A model generated the notes under the pieces. The model made no database searches. It was not told the DNA's origin and saw only the letters and a program-made list of their open reading frames with translations. From positions 23,274-87,273 of the forward strand of contig JAGLOJ010000044.1 in the NCBI GenBank assembly GCA_023139045.1: a DNA stretch of 64,000 bases. Direction: 5' to 3'. Every line of letters starts with the position of its first letter. Within the stretch, counting starts at the first letter, position 1. The DNA is from Candidatus Sabulitectum sp. GTDB lineage: Bacteria; Fermentibacterota; Fermentibacteria; Fermentibacterales; JCC-6. Positions 9,720 through 18,254 of the stretch are shown here, in pieces. A program made the translations under genes and the position numbers.

Positions 9720-10464
9720 ATTTTGCCATCCTGAATCCGGTGTACCAGGTGATATCTCCATGGCCTATCTGTCTGATAAATCCCAATGTCATGGCATTTT
9801 CCACCTGAGCCCAGCTACCACCCATAATGTGTATTGAACTGTCGGCGACGCAGAAAACCATTTCAGCAACATTCCCTGCCATATCAACGAGACCACCGTT
9901 TGACAGTGGGTAAGAACCACCAGGAGCAGTATACATGAAGCCATCCAGATCTCGCTGCTCCCAGATGTTCAGGGCCATATAGTTTGCCGGAACTCCTGGA
10001 ACCTCAGCTGAAGAAAGAGCTCCCCAGGGATATTGCTCGTTTATATTTCCAGTAAGACCGAGGGAGGCGGCATACTCCCACTCGTTTCTGGTCGGAAGCC
10101 TTGCACCGATGAGGGATGCGGCGGTTTCTGCTTTTCCCGGGCTGACATTCACCACTGGATAATCGGAAAATTCGTAGAAGTATCCATCCATTTCCGGAAA
10201 ACCCGGGTCTGCCGGATGAGGAAGTCCTGATTGGTCTGCAAGATACCGGTAAAGCCTGTTGTTCACCTCAACCTTCTGGAGCTGGAACGACTGTATTCCC
10301 ACAGTCTCACCGGTGGAATTAACAAAGGTGCCTCCGGGAATACTGATGAACACAGTATCCTCCACCTCAATGGGCAGAGCAGCAGAAACCGTTTCCTGTT
10401 CCTCTTCACAGGCAATAACCACCGTGCAGAATACCACCAGAATCACCCTCAGGTATCCCTTCAT
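9718..10464 (-). CDS. Formylglycine-generating-enzyme (FGE/sulfatase-modifying factor) family domain lipoprotein
   Basis: Signal peptide with a lipobox (VIAC). The C-terminal motif ...GGSW...WYTGFRMAK resembles the FGE-sulfatase family terminus (GFRCA). Confidence 0.55.
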   Translation of the reverse strand: MKGYLRVILVVFCTVVIACEEEQETVSAALPIEVEDTVFISIPGGTFVNSTGETVGIQSFQLQKVEVNNRLYRYLADQSGLPHPADPGFPEMDGYFYEFSDYPVVNVSPGKAETAASLIGARLPTRNEWEYAASLGLTGNINEQYPWGALSSAEVPGVPANYMALNIWEQRDLDGFMYTAPGGSYPLSNGGLVDMAGNVAEMVFCVADSSIHIMGGSWAQVENAMTLGFIRQIGHGDITWYTGFRMAK

Positions 10465-10695
10465 TTACTGCCTTTCCTTCTTGTCTCCCGGTTTCAGAAT
10501 AATCGCAACGGGAATTACTACGCAGTATCCCAGAATGAGCATTATCGGAGAGATGGAAATGTGACCTGCCCTGAGCAGAAACCATCCAGCTGTTATGATA
10601 ACAAGACCAACTGCAAAAAGTATGTAGTTGATATTACTGAAGGGCACAGTGTCCTGCCTGTTCAGAGAAGATACAGGCTTTTTATCTTTAGCCAT
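10465..10695 (-). CDS. Small membrane protein with two TM helices
   Basis: 76-aa hydrophobic ORF lying directly against the FGE-like gene. Confidence 0.35.
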   Translation of the reverse strand: MAKDKKPVSSLNRQDTVPFSNINYILFAVGLVIITAGWFLLRAGHISISPIMLILGYCVVIPVAIILKPGDKKERQ

Positions 10696-10733
10696 TTTCT
10701 TCCTTTCATTTTAAAATAAGCGAATCCAGCATG

Positions 10734-11966
10734 CTAATCTAAAACATCTTCTGCGGAATTGGGAAGTCCGTTTACCCAGCCGTGGGATACAGATTCGTTT
10801 ATTGCTTCCCCGACAACAAAGAACGAGCCTGTAACAACCATGGGGGAATTGTCAGCAATTTCTCTGCATCTGGCAACAGCATCCCCGATTACATCCTGAA
10901 CCTCCACCTGAAAACCCTCTTGTCTCATGTGCTCCGCAAGCACTGAGGCTGTGAGTTTTCTTTCACTGTCCGGTGTAGTTACAACCACAGTTCCAGCAAT
11001 GCCCTTGAGCAGATCAACCATTTGATGCCATGGCTTATCATCAAGGAATCCCACAACCATAGGCACCGGTTTTCTCCAGGATTGAATGTGTGCGACAAGA
11101 GCTTCCATGGACTGGGTATTATGAGCAACATCAAACAGTATAGATGGGCTTCCGTTCCTGTGATCCAGTCTCCCCGGCCATCGCAACGAAGCGCATGTTC
11201 TGTTGTAGGCAGCCTCTGTATCGCTCTCTGATCTGCCGAAAAGCTCCTGTGCTGCGGTATAGGCAAGTGCGCTGTTGTCCAACTGATGGGCGCCGGGCAG
11301 AGGGCTCTTTTTGACTGTAACCGGGAAAACACGCCTGAGTTTTCCTCTGTTCACAGCATCCATTACCACTTGTTCAACTCCGGGAGTCTGGGAAGCAGCA
11401 ATAAGTACCGTTCCCGGGGCTGCAATGGCGACCTTTTCCGCTGCAATTTTTTCCCTGGTATCCCCCAAAATCCTGCTGTGTTCCACTCTCACACCGGTAA
11501 AAATGGTTCCTGCCCCAATATAAGTTCTTGTTGCGTCAAGCCTTCCGCCAAGCCCTGCTTCTGCAGCCACCCATTTCACACCCATGGAAGCAAAATACCA
11601 GGCAGCCATGGCAGTGGTTATCTCAAAAAATGTAGCAGAATGCTTTCTTATGATGTGTCTGTAATCAGTTATGAACTCGGCCACGGCATCCTCGGGAATC
11701 CAGTTGCTGTTAACTGCAATTCTCTCTCTGAAATCAAGCAGGTGGGGTGACGTCCCGCGTCCCCAGGAGATGCCCAGTGCACCGGCAATTCCTGAGAGTA
11801 TGGCGGCAGTACTTCCCTTGCCGTTAGTGCCTACAATATGAACTGTCTTGAATTTCTTTTCGGGATGATCAAGTTCCTCCATCAATGAAAGCATTCTCTC
11901 AAGACCGTATTTCATCCCCATTCGTCGTCTGCTGAAGAGCCACTTTTCGGCTTCTCTGTAATTCAC
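10734..11966 (-). CDS. folC: Folylpolyglutamate synthase / dihydrofolate synthase
   Basis: Mur-ligase family P-loop VHIVGTNGKGSTAA. Size is 410 aa. Confidence 0.9.
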   Translation of the reverse strand: MNYREAEKWLFSRRRMGMKYGLERMLSLMEELDHPEKKFKTVHIVGTNGKGSTAAILSGIAGALGISWGRGTSPHLLDFRERIAVNSNWIPEDAVAEFITDYRHIIRKHSATFFEITTAMAAWYFASMGVKWVAAEAGLGGRLDATRTYIGAGTIFTGVRVEHSRILGDTREKIAAEKVAIAAPGTVLIAASQTPGVEQVVMDAVNRGKLRRVFPVTVKKSPLPGAHQLDNSALAYTAAQELFGRSESDTEAAYNRTCASLRWPGRLDHRNGSPSILFDVAHNTQSMEALVAHIQSWRKPVPMVVGFLDDKPWHQMVDLLKGIAGTVVVTTPDSERKLTASVLAEHMRQEGFQVEVQDVIGDAVARCREIADNSPMVVTGSFFVVGEAINESVSHGWVNGLPNSAEDVLD

Positions 11967-13180
11967 CTGGACAACCTCTCAAGAAGCTGGATTATCGACC
12001 TTTCCTGCTTTTTCCTGACTGTTTCCTGGGCGGAAAGAACCTCATCATGGCAAACGGAATCGCCACTCTCTGCAGCATTGGTTATAAGCGCCATGGCAAG
12101 AACTCTGCATCCCATAGATCTGAGTGCCAGTGCCTCCTGTGCAGTAGACATGGATACTGCGGATGCTCCGCTTTCCCGGATTAACTCAACCTCTGCCGCT
12201 GTCTCGTAGGCGGGACCCGAGACACATGCAAAGACTCCCTTGTGACAATTATTCATGTACTGCTCCGCCGTTCTCTGCAGAGAAGGGGAATACACATTGT
12301 TACCGATAAAGCAATCGGATGAATCGGGGATGCAGCCGGAAAAATTAATATGGTCCGTAAAAATCATTGCGTCCCCTACGGAATATGCCGGGTCTACTGC
12401 TCCGGCGGAACTGGTGAGAACCCAGGTTCCAACACCAAGAGCAGCCAGTGCAGCAGGCAGCAGGGTTATCTCTCTGCCGGAATAACCCTGATAATGGTGT
12501 CTTCTTCCCATAACAAACACAATTCTTCCGTCGGCACTGGTACGAAGTGTATGGGAATGCCCTTCAACTGCCTCGCCTGACATACCGGGGATATCAGAGA
12601 ATGGTATGGACTGTCCGTTACCGAAAGGCTCGGTTGCCCAGCCCAGTCCGGAGCCCAGAATCACTCCCACCTGAGGAATAGTTTTAAGACGGTTATAAAG
12701 GTAAAGTAAAGTATTCAGAGTATGCAAAAGCGGTTTAAGAGGTTTCTCCATGAATACTCCGTTTATGCCTTCACCATAGAAATCAGGAAGGGTTCTCTGA
12801 ACTGAAAAGTCGAGGCTGCTGTAAAACTCACCGGCAGAAACATTCTTCTCCCGTACCTCCAGCACTACCCTTTCCGCCTCCATGTGCCGACCCCAGTACA
12901 GAGCAGAGCCAAGAAGATCTCCGGCAATACCACGACGTCGGTATTCCGGATGAACACAGAGACTGATAACATGCAGAGTTCCCGGTTCAGAAAACGTGGC
13001 AGATATATAGCCGATTGCACAACCATCAACAAAAGCAGCAATTGTGTAGAGCACCGGATCCCTCTGAATAAGAGCCTGTATCTCTGCAAGATCCCACGGT
13101 CTGGGAAAACAAAGCTGCTCAAGTTCAAATAAGGAAGCAGCATCGCTCCTGGAAGGACGATAATATTCTGTAGTCTTCAT
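11963..13180 (-). CDS. Fusion protein: an N-terminal GNAT acetyltransferase (RimI-like) joined to a C-terminal purine nucleoside phosphorylase (PunA/XapA family)
   Basis: The N-terminal half has the GNAT motif A (HPEYRRRGIAGDLL) and sits immediately downstream of tsaB, as in the tsaE-tsaB-rimI arrangement. The C-terminal half has the GSGLG, GRRHHYQGYS and VSMSTAQE motifs of family-2 PNP. Confidence 0.8.
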   Translation of the reverse strand: MKTTEYYRPSRSDAASLFELEQLCFPRPWDLAEIQALIQRDPVLYTIAAFVDGCAIGYISATFSEPGTLHVISLCVHPEYRRRGIAGDLLGSALYWGRHMEAERVVLEVREKNVSAGEFYSSLDFSVQRTLPDFYGEGINGVFMEKPLKPLLHTLNTLLYLYNRLKTIPQVGVILGSGLGWATEPFGNGQSIPFSDIPGMSGEAVEGHSHTLRTSADGRIVFVMGRRHHYQGYSGREITLLPAALAALGVGTWVLTSSAGAVDPAYSVGDAMIFTDHINFSGCIPDSSDCFIGNNVYSPSLQRTAEQYMNNCHKGVFACVSGPAYETAAEVELIRESGASAVSMSTAQEALALRSMGCRVLAMALITNAAESGDSVCHDEVLSAQETVRKKQERSIIQLLERLSR

Positions 13181-13866
13181 TTTGGAAAAATCCTCTGGTT
13201 AAACTCGCGCAGGTACAAAGGTTCAACATCCTTGTCGAAACCGTATCTACCCGCAAGAGAGCAGGCGCAATCTGCAACAATTGAAGATCGGGGATGATCA
13301 AGAAGCGGATGAACCCATTTGAGTCCGGGGCATGTAATTTCACTTCTCCCGGAACCTGCCGCTGAAAAGATTCTATCTGATACCAGTTCCTCAAGAACCT
13401 CTGCAGAATAAAGGGATTGTGGAATAATTTCCTGAGATAAAGGGTCCGGTGAACTGAAAGCTCCGGCAAACACCTCTCCGGTTCTTGCTTTGACACAACC
13501 CAAAACAGGCCCTTCCGGCAATGACGCTGCAATTACCCGGAGAGTTGATACTCCCTTTACCGGAACTTCCCAGCCGGCAGAAAGACCCAGCACAGTGGAA
13601 AGACCGATTCGGAGCCCGGTGTATGAACCTGGCCCCAGAGAAACACCGATCCCCGACAAATCCTTGCCGCAAATACCCGATTGCTTCAAGGCCTTTTCTA
13701 TTGCGGGCAGAATCTTCTCCGAATGAAAACCGGTTACCGGCAGAATAGACTCTGTGAGCAGCACACCATCTTTCAGCAGTGCCACCCCGCCCATGGATGA
13801 AGTGGTATCAATACCCAGCCAGATTCCACTCAACTTGTACTCTCCTGCTGTCAGGTGAATCTCCAT
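13177..13866 (-). CDS. tsaB: tRNA threonylcarbamoyladenosine biosynthesis protein TsaB (YeaZ). The true start is probably later than the longest ORF.
   Basis: N-terminal motif GIDTTSSMGGVALL and a Kae1/YgjD-like inactive fold. It is adjacent to tsaE. Confidence 0.85.
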   Translation of the reverse strand: MEIHLTAGEYKLSGIWLGIDTTSSMGGVALLKDGVLLTESILPVTGFHSEKILPAIEKALKQSGICGKDLSGIGVSLGPGSYTGLRIGLSTVLGLSAGWEVPVKGVSTLRVIAASLPEGPVLGCVKARTGEVFAGAFSSPDPLSQEIIPQSLYSAEVLEELVSDRIFSAAGSGRSEITCPGLKWVHPLLDHPRSSIVADCACSLAGRYGFDKDVEPLYLREFNQRIFPK

Positions 13867-14245
13867 TGGAGATCAAAATTGTGCAACCCCTTCTTTCCTT
13901 GAAATCCTCCATGCGTTCGGGCCATTCAACCAGCACAACCGCATCTGATTCCAGAATCTCTTCAAATCCAAGCATAAGCATTTCTTCTCTGTAACCTTCC
14001 AGCCTGTAAAGATCCATGTGATGAACCTCCAGCCCCATCCCTGCAATACTATACACAGAATCCATAATAAAGGTCGGGCTGGGTATGGCACCTTTGACAC
14101 CGAGAGAACGGATGAATGCCCTGGCAAATGTTGATTTCCCAGCCCCAAGCGGACCTGAAAGAAAATACCTGTCGCCAGGTCTCACCGACCTGGCAAGTTC
14201 CCGAGCCAGTTTCTCAAGACCGGAGACGTCAAGTTTTTTCATCAT
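13808..14245 (-). CDS. tsaE: tRNA t6A ATPase TsaE (YjeE)
   Basis: P-loop FLSGPLGAGKSTFARAF. Size is 145 aa. Confidence 0.85.
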   Translation of the reverse strand: MMKKLDVSGLEKLARELARSVRPGDRYFLSGPLGAGKSTFARAFIRSLGVKGAIPSPTFIMDSVYSIAGMGLEVHHMDLYRLEGYREEMLMLGFEEILESDAVVLVEWPERMEDFKERRGCTILISNGDSPDSRRVQVEWNLAGY

Positions 14246-15804
14246 CCTCTATACTTCTTGGGTCTGAGTACCTCACAAGGTACAAGCATTTCCTCCAGGG
14301 AAACTCCACCATGCTGAAACGATCCCTTGAATTTGTACATATCTTCCCTGTTGAAACCATTCTGCATTAACAGGTAATCCTCTCTGGCAAACAGGTAAGT
14401 CTTCCTGGGGTTATCATCAGGAAGACCCCAGTCTGCGGGATTATTTACAACAATGGAATGTTTGGGATCTGCACTCAGAGAATGGCCGAACCTGTACCTG
14501 ACACTGTGCGACATTCCCCTGGCACCACGGACGGTGGTTATTCTGTTGGCCTGGGTTGAACCGTGATCACTTGTAACAATAATCGTCGCTCCGCGGGCAC
14601 TCAGGGTTTTTATCATCTCGAAAAGGAATGAGTGTTCAAACCATCCCTCTGCCAATCTTCTGAATGCTGAAACATCCGGTGCAATGTCTCTAATCAGATC
14701 CAGTTCCGACCTGCCATGGGTGAGGTGGTCAATAAAGTTCACCACTATGGCCATGAAGCCGTCTCTGAGAAAATGAGAAAGGCCGCGCTTCACATTCTCC
14801 CCTTCCTGGCGGGTAGACACTTTTGCGTAAACAACATCTTTGCCTGTCCGCCATCCAAGACGGCCAAGGGCGTCTCCAAGGAGTAACTGTTCGTAGGAGT
14901 TAAGCCCGGGACAGCCGTACTCTTCGATCCAGCGAGTTCTGTAAAATCTCCAGATATCTCTTGGAACCAACCCGCTGAAAATAGAGTTACGGCTGTATGG
15001 AGTTGCCGATGGAAGCCCGGCAACCATGAAACCCGGCTCGCGGTGATACCAGCGCTCTATGGACCTGGCCATGAGCAGCCACTGATCATGTCTCATGCAG
15101 TCAACAACAAGAAAAACTACCTCGTCTGTTCCCCTGAGAAGCTCGGGAACAACTTTTCTTCCAAGAACGTTGTGTGCCATAAGCGGAGCTGATTCAGGTG
15201 AGGCCAGCCAGTTGGGGTAGTTCTTTTCAATGAACCGGGAGAATCCCATTTCAACCTGATCCAGTCCTCCACCCTGAATTCCATGCAATTTCTGCTCAAG
15301 CTCTCCACCGAGGCTGATATCCTTTTCCATCCATGAATGATAGAGGTGGGTCCAGTCGGAAAGGCTGTTATCTCTGTTGTGGCGAATCTTTTCTGTTTCC
15401 GAAACAACCTCTATTGCTGCCTTGTTCACCTTCAGCTTACCGGACTCCAGCAGTCTCTTCAACACAAGAAGTATCTGACTGGGGTTAACCGGTTTGGTGA
15501 GGAAATCCGCAATAGTCCCAGCTAGAGCCTTATCCATCAATTCTTCTTCCTCGCTCTGGGTAACCATAACCACAGGCAGATCTTTGTAGCTTTTGCGTAT
15601 CTCATGAACGGTCTCAAGACCGTCCATACCCACCATCATCTGATCCATGAGAACCAGATCCACTCGTATGCTCCTGAGAATATCAAGAGCCTCCCGCCCG
15701 CTGCTGGCCGGGATAACCTCGTAGTTCCTTTTTCTCAGAAAACGAATATGAGCCTGTAGATGATCTATTTCATCATCAACCCACAGTATTGTTATCACTA
15801 TCAC
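14242..15804 (-). CDS. PorX-like response regulator: a CheY-like receiver domain fused to a PglZ / alkaline-phosphatase-superfamily domain
   Basis: The N-terminal receiver has ILWVDDE and the conserved Asp. The C-terminal region has the alkaline-phosphatase-superfamily metal-site motif TSDHGS. This is the same architecture as Porphyromonas PorX. The gene overlaps the histidine kinase gene. Confidence 0.75.
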   Translation of the reverse strand: MIVITILWVDDEIDHLQAHIRFLRKRNYEVIPASSGREALDILRSIRVDLVLMDQMMVGMDGLETVHEIRKSYKDLPVVMVTQSEEEELMDKALAGTIADFLTKPVNPSQILLVLKRLLESGKLKVNKAAIEVVSETEKIRHNRDNSLSDWTHLYHSWMEKDISLGGELEQKLHGIQGGGLDQVEMGFSRFIEKNYPNWLASPESAPLMAHNVLGRKVVPELLRGTDEVVFLVVDCMRHDQWLLMARSIERWYHREPGFMVAGLPSATPYSRNSIFSGLVPRDIWRFYRTRWIEEYGCPGLNSYEQLLLGDALGRLGWRTGKDVVYAKVSTRQEGENVKRGLSHFLRDGFMAIVVNFIDHLTHGRSELDLIRDIAPDVSAFRRLAEGWFEHSFLFEMIKTLSARGATIIVTSDHGSTQANRITTVRGARGMSHSVRYRFGHSLSADPKHSIVVNNPADWGLPDDNPRKTYLFAREDYLLMQNGFNREDMYKFKGSFQHGGVSLEEMLVPCEVLRPKKYRG

Positions 15805-17165
15805 TCCCCCCCTTCCAGAGGAAGAAGTATGCTGAAGATTGTGCCACGGTCAGGGGTACTTGAAAGCAGCCGGATAGAACCATTGTGGTATTCCTCGATT
15901 ATTCGCCTGGCGAGAGAGAGACCAAGACCCCATCCGCCTTCCCTGGTAGTAAAACCGGCCTGGAATATTCTACCCTGGGCGCCGTAAGGTATTCCACACC
16001 CGTTGTCAGAAATCCTGATTTCTATCTCTGTTGCTGCTGAATGGGCATACTCACAACTGACAGTTACTTTGCCTCCATCAGAACTGCCGGCGCAGGAAGC
16101 AACTGCGTTCTTTATCAGATTTTCAAGAACCCATCCAATCAACACCGAACTGCCATTAACAATGTGTTCCTCTGAACTCTGCTCAAATACAAGAACCACG
16201 CCACCTCCGAGAACACCTTTTCTTGCATTGAAATAGTCTACGATGTCAGAAACCGTACTTTCAATACTTATCGGTTTAAGCTTGGGTCGTCTTCCCATCT
16301 GACCATATCGCTGAGCAATACTGTTGAGTCTGTTCACATCGGCATCCATGTGCTCAAGCGCATCGCTGAGATCCGGAATGTCAGAAAGCTCCGGATCATC
16401 CTTCAACAATTCGATCCAGCCCATAAGCGAGGAAAGCGGGGTGCTTATCTGATGGGCAGTCTCCCTGGCAAATCCCACCCAGGACATGTCCTTGTCTCTG
16501 GAAATTTCTGCGCGAAGGAAGACGAACACAACAGCAGCAATGAGAAGAAGCAACCCAAGCTCAAGAAAAGGAATAAACCTCATCTCCGTATTCAATGGAG
16601 ATGTACCATAGAAAAGATGTCCAATGGTGTCTCCTCTTGCTATTATTGGAATCGCCTCATTCTCCTCCGCAAGGGCAACCATTTTCTTTCGGAACTCCGC
16701 TATCCCGTCGGTGGAAAAATCATCAATAACTTGGCCGTCAACTATCTGGGGAACATTGTTCTCGTCAGCAAAAATTGTGGGAAAGTCCAATCTGTTCACC
16801 AGATCCCCAAAAAGTCTTCTGGTAAAATCAATTGCCTCTACCCTCTCCTGCGGAAGAAGACGCACGGTATGAATGAAACGAGTTGTATCAGCACAGACCA
16901 GGCAGAAAAGAGATTCGCTCTCCAAAGAAAGATCCAACCTCTCACTGGGATGACCGCACTCTGTACATGACATAATTCCTGATTCATCTCCAACAATACT
17001 CAAAGGATATTGAACTCCTGCCCAGAGCCATGCGATTGTCTCACAATCCTTTCTGTTGGATTGATTCAACCTGTTTGCAAGATCGTGTGTATACCATAAA
17101 AACAGCCAGATTGTGATACTTGCAAACAGAAAAAAAGCTATTCGTCTTCTGAAAGTGTTATGCAT
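15801..17165 (-). CDS. PorY-like sensor histidine kinase
   Basis: Two TM helices flank a periplasmic loop. The H-box is ETAHQISTPLSS. The HATPase_c domain has the N, G1 and G2 boxes (DNGCGIP, GWGLGLS). Confidence 0.75.
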   Translation of the reverse strand: MHNTFRRRIAFFLFASITIWLFLWYTHDLANRLNQSNRKDCETIAWLWAGVQYPLSIVGDESGIMSCTECGHPSERLDLSLESESLFCLVCADTTRFIHTVRLLPQERVEAIDFTRRLFGDLVNRLDFPTIFADENNVPQIVDGQVIDDFSTDGIAEFRKKMVALAEENEAIPIIARGDTIGHLFYGTSPLNTEMRFIPFLELGLLLLIAAVVFVFLRAEISRDKDMSWVGFARETAHQISTPLSSLMGWIELLKDDPELSDIPDLSDALEHMDADVNRLNSIAQRYGQMGRRPKLKPISIESTVSDIVDYFNARKGVLGGGVVLVFEQSSEEHIVNGSSVLIGWVLENLIKNAVASCAGSSDGGKVTVSCEYAHSAATEIEIRISDNGCGIPYGAQGRIFQAGFTTREGGWGLGLSLARRIIEEYHNGSIRLLSSTPDRGTIFSILLPLEGGE

Positions 17166-18228
17166 TTTCTGTTTCCATTACCGGGAAAGAGAATCCGGCG
17201 TTTTCGATTACTGTTTTACACGAGTGCGGAGGAACACAAAAACCAAACTTCTTCATGTCAATTCCCGTCCTGAATGAAAGGCTGATCCTGTTTCTTATCT
17301 TCTGAAGCCGAATAGCAGCATGGTCACCGAACAGATATTCTTCATGGAAACGGGGAACGGCAATAGAAGCGGATGAGGCCAGAAGAAGACGCTCCATCTG
17401 ACTGGCCCCCAGCCCTTCGATGCAACCGGCAGCAAGAACCAGTTCTCCACCATCTTCTACGGCACTCTCCCACAAAAAAACTGCTTTCATCGCCTGGTAA
17501 AGGCTTATTTCCAGACTCCTGCCCGGTCGAATCTCCAGAGATGCATATCTTTCCTTCACCGAAACACCACACTCGACCGCTGCAACCTCAGATGCCTTGT
17601 AGAAGGAAGTGTCGAAAGAACCGCAGAAAACAGTATCACTTCTGAAAACCCCGTTTACCATGATGATTTCAGTTCGCTCAGCAAGAAATGCAGCACCCTC
17701 CATCATATCCTCGTGCACAGGATTTCCAGTCAGCTTGCCAGGCAGTGCTCCTGGAAGACAGGCAAGAAAATGGTTCTGCACAATAGTTTTCCGGGAAGAT
17801 ACCCCCGGCAGAAATGACTTCCGCCCGCCGGTAAATCCGGCAAAATAATGCGGTTCAACCGTATTCACAGCAAGAACCGGCCCTTCCAGCAGCCATGGAT
17901 GAATTTCCACTGCTGTTCCCCGGGATGTAGTACCAATATGAACATGAGTTCCATCAGTACACATGTTGCTCTCAGCAACAACATTTCCCGCAAAGCCCTC
18001 ACCTAGAATAGACCAGCCTTCTCTGCAGGTCACCGGTCTGTGAGTTCCAGTGGCAAAGAGAACCCTTGCTCTGCCTGCCAGTACCGGCTGCAAAGCAGCA
18101 AGATACCTGCGGGGAGATGGTCTGGTATCGTCATTTACAACGACGGTGATTTGCCCGGTCATGCCTGCAACTTGATCCTGAATCTCTGATATGGACATGG
18201 CTTCCCTCAATGGATAGACTACACTCAT
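17158..18228 (-). CDS. LarA-like family protein (nickel-pincer-nucleotide-dependent lactate racemase / epimerase family)
   Basis: VVVNDDTRPSP, ATGTHRPVT and EPHYFAGFTGGRKSFLPG match the LarA motifs (DHTRP, the catalytic His, and FAGFSGGRKS). It is shorter than canonical LarA. Confidence 0.7.
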   Translation of the reverse strand: MSVVYPLREAMSISEIQDQVAGMTGQITVVVNDDTRPSPRRYLAALQPVLAGRARVLFATGTHRPVTCREGWSILGEGFAGNVVAESNMCTDGTHVHIGTTSRGTAVEIHPWLLEGPVLAVNTVEPHYFAGFTGGRKSFLPGVSSRKTIVQNHFLACLPGALPGKLTGNPVHEDMMEGAAFLAERTEIIMVNGVFRSDTVFCGSFDTSFYKASEVAAVECGVSVKERYASLEIRPGRSLEISLYQAMKAVFLWESAVEDGGELVLAAGCIEGLGASQMERLLLASSASIAVPRFHEEYLFGDHAAIRLQKIRNRISLSFRTGIDMKKFGFCVPPHSCKTVIENAGFSFPVMETENA

Positions 18229-18254
18229 AAAAGCAACAGAAGAATATACGCACC

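Noticed and set aside
9625-9837. 70-aa ORF overlapping tRNA-Val
   Set aside because: It overlaps a well-folded tRNA and its terminator, and is implausible as a CDS.
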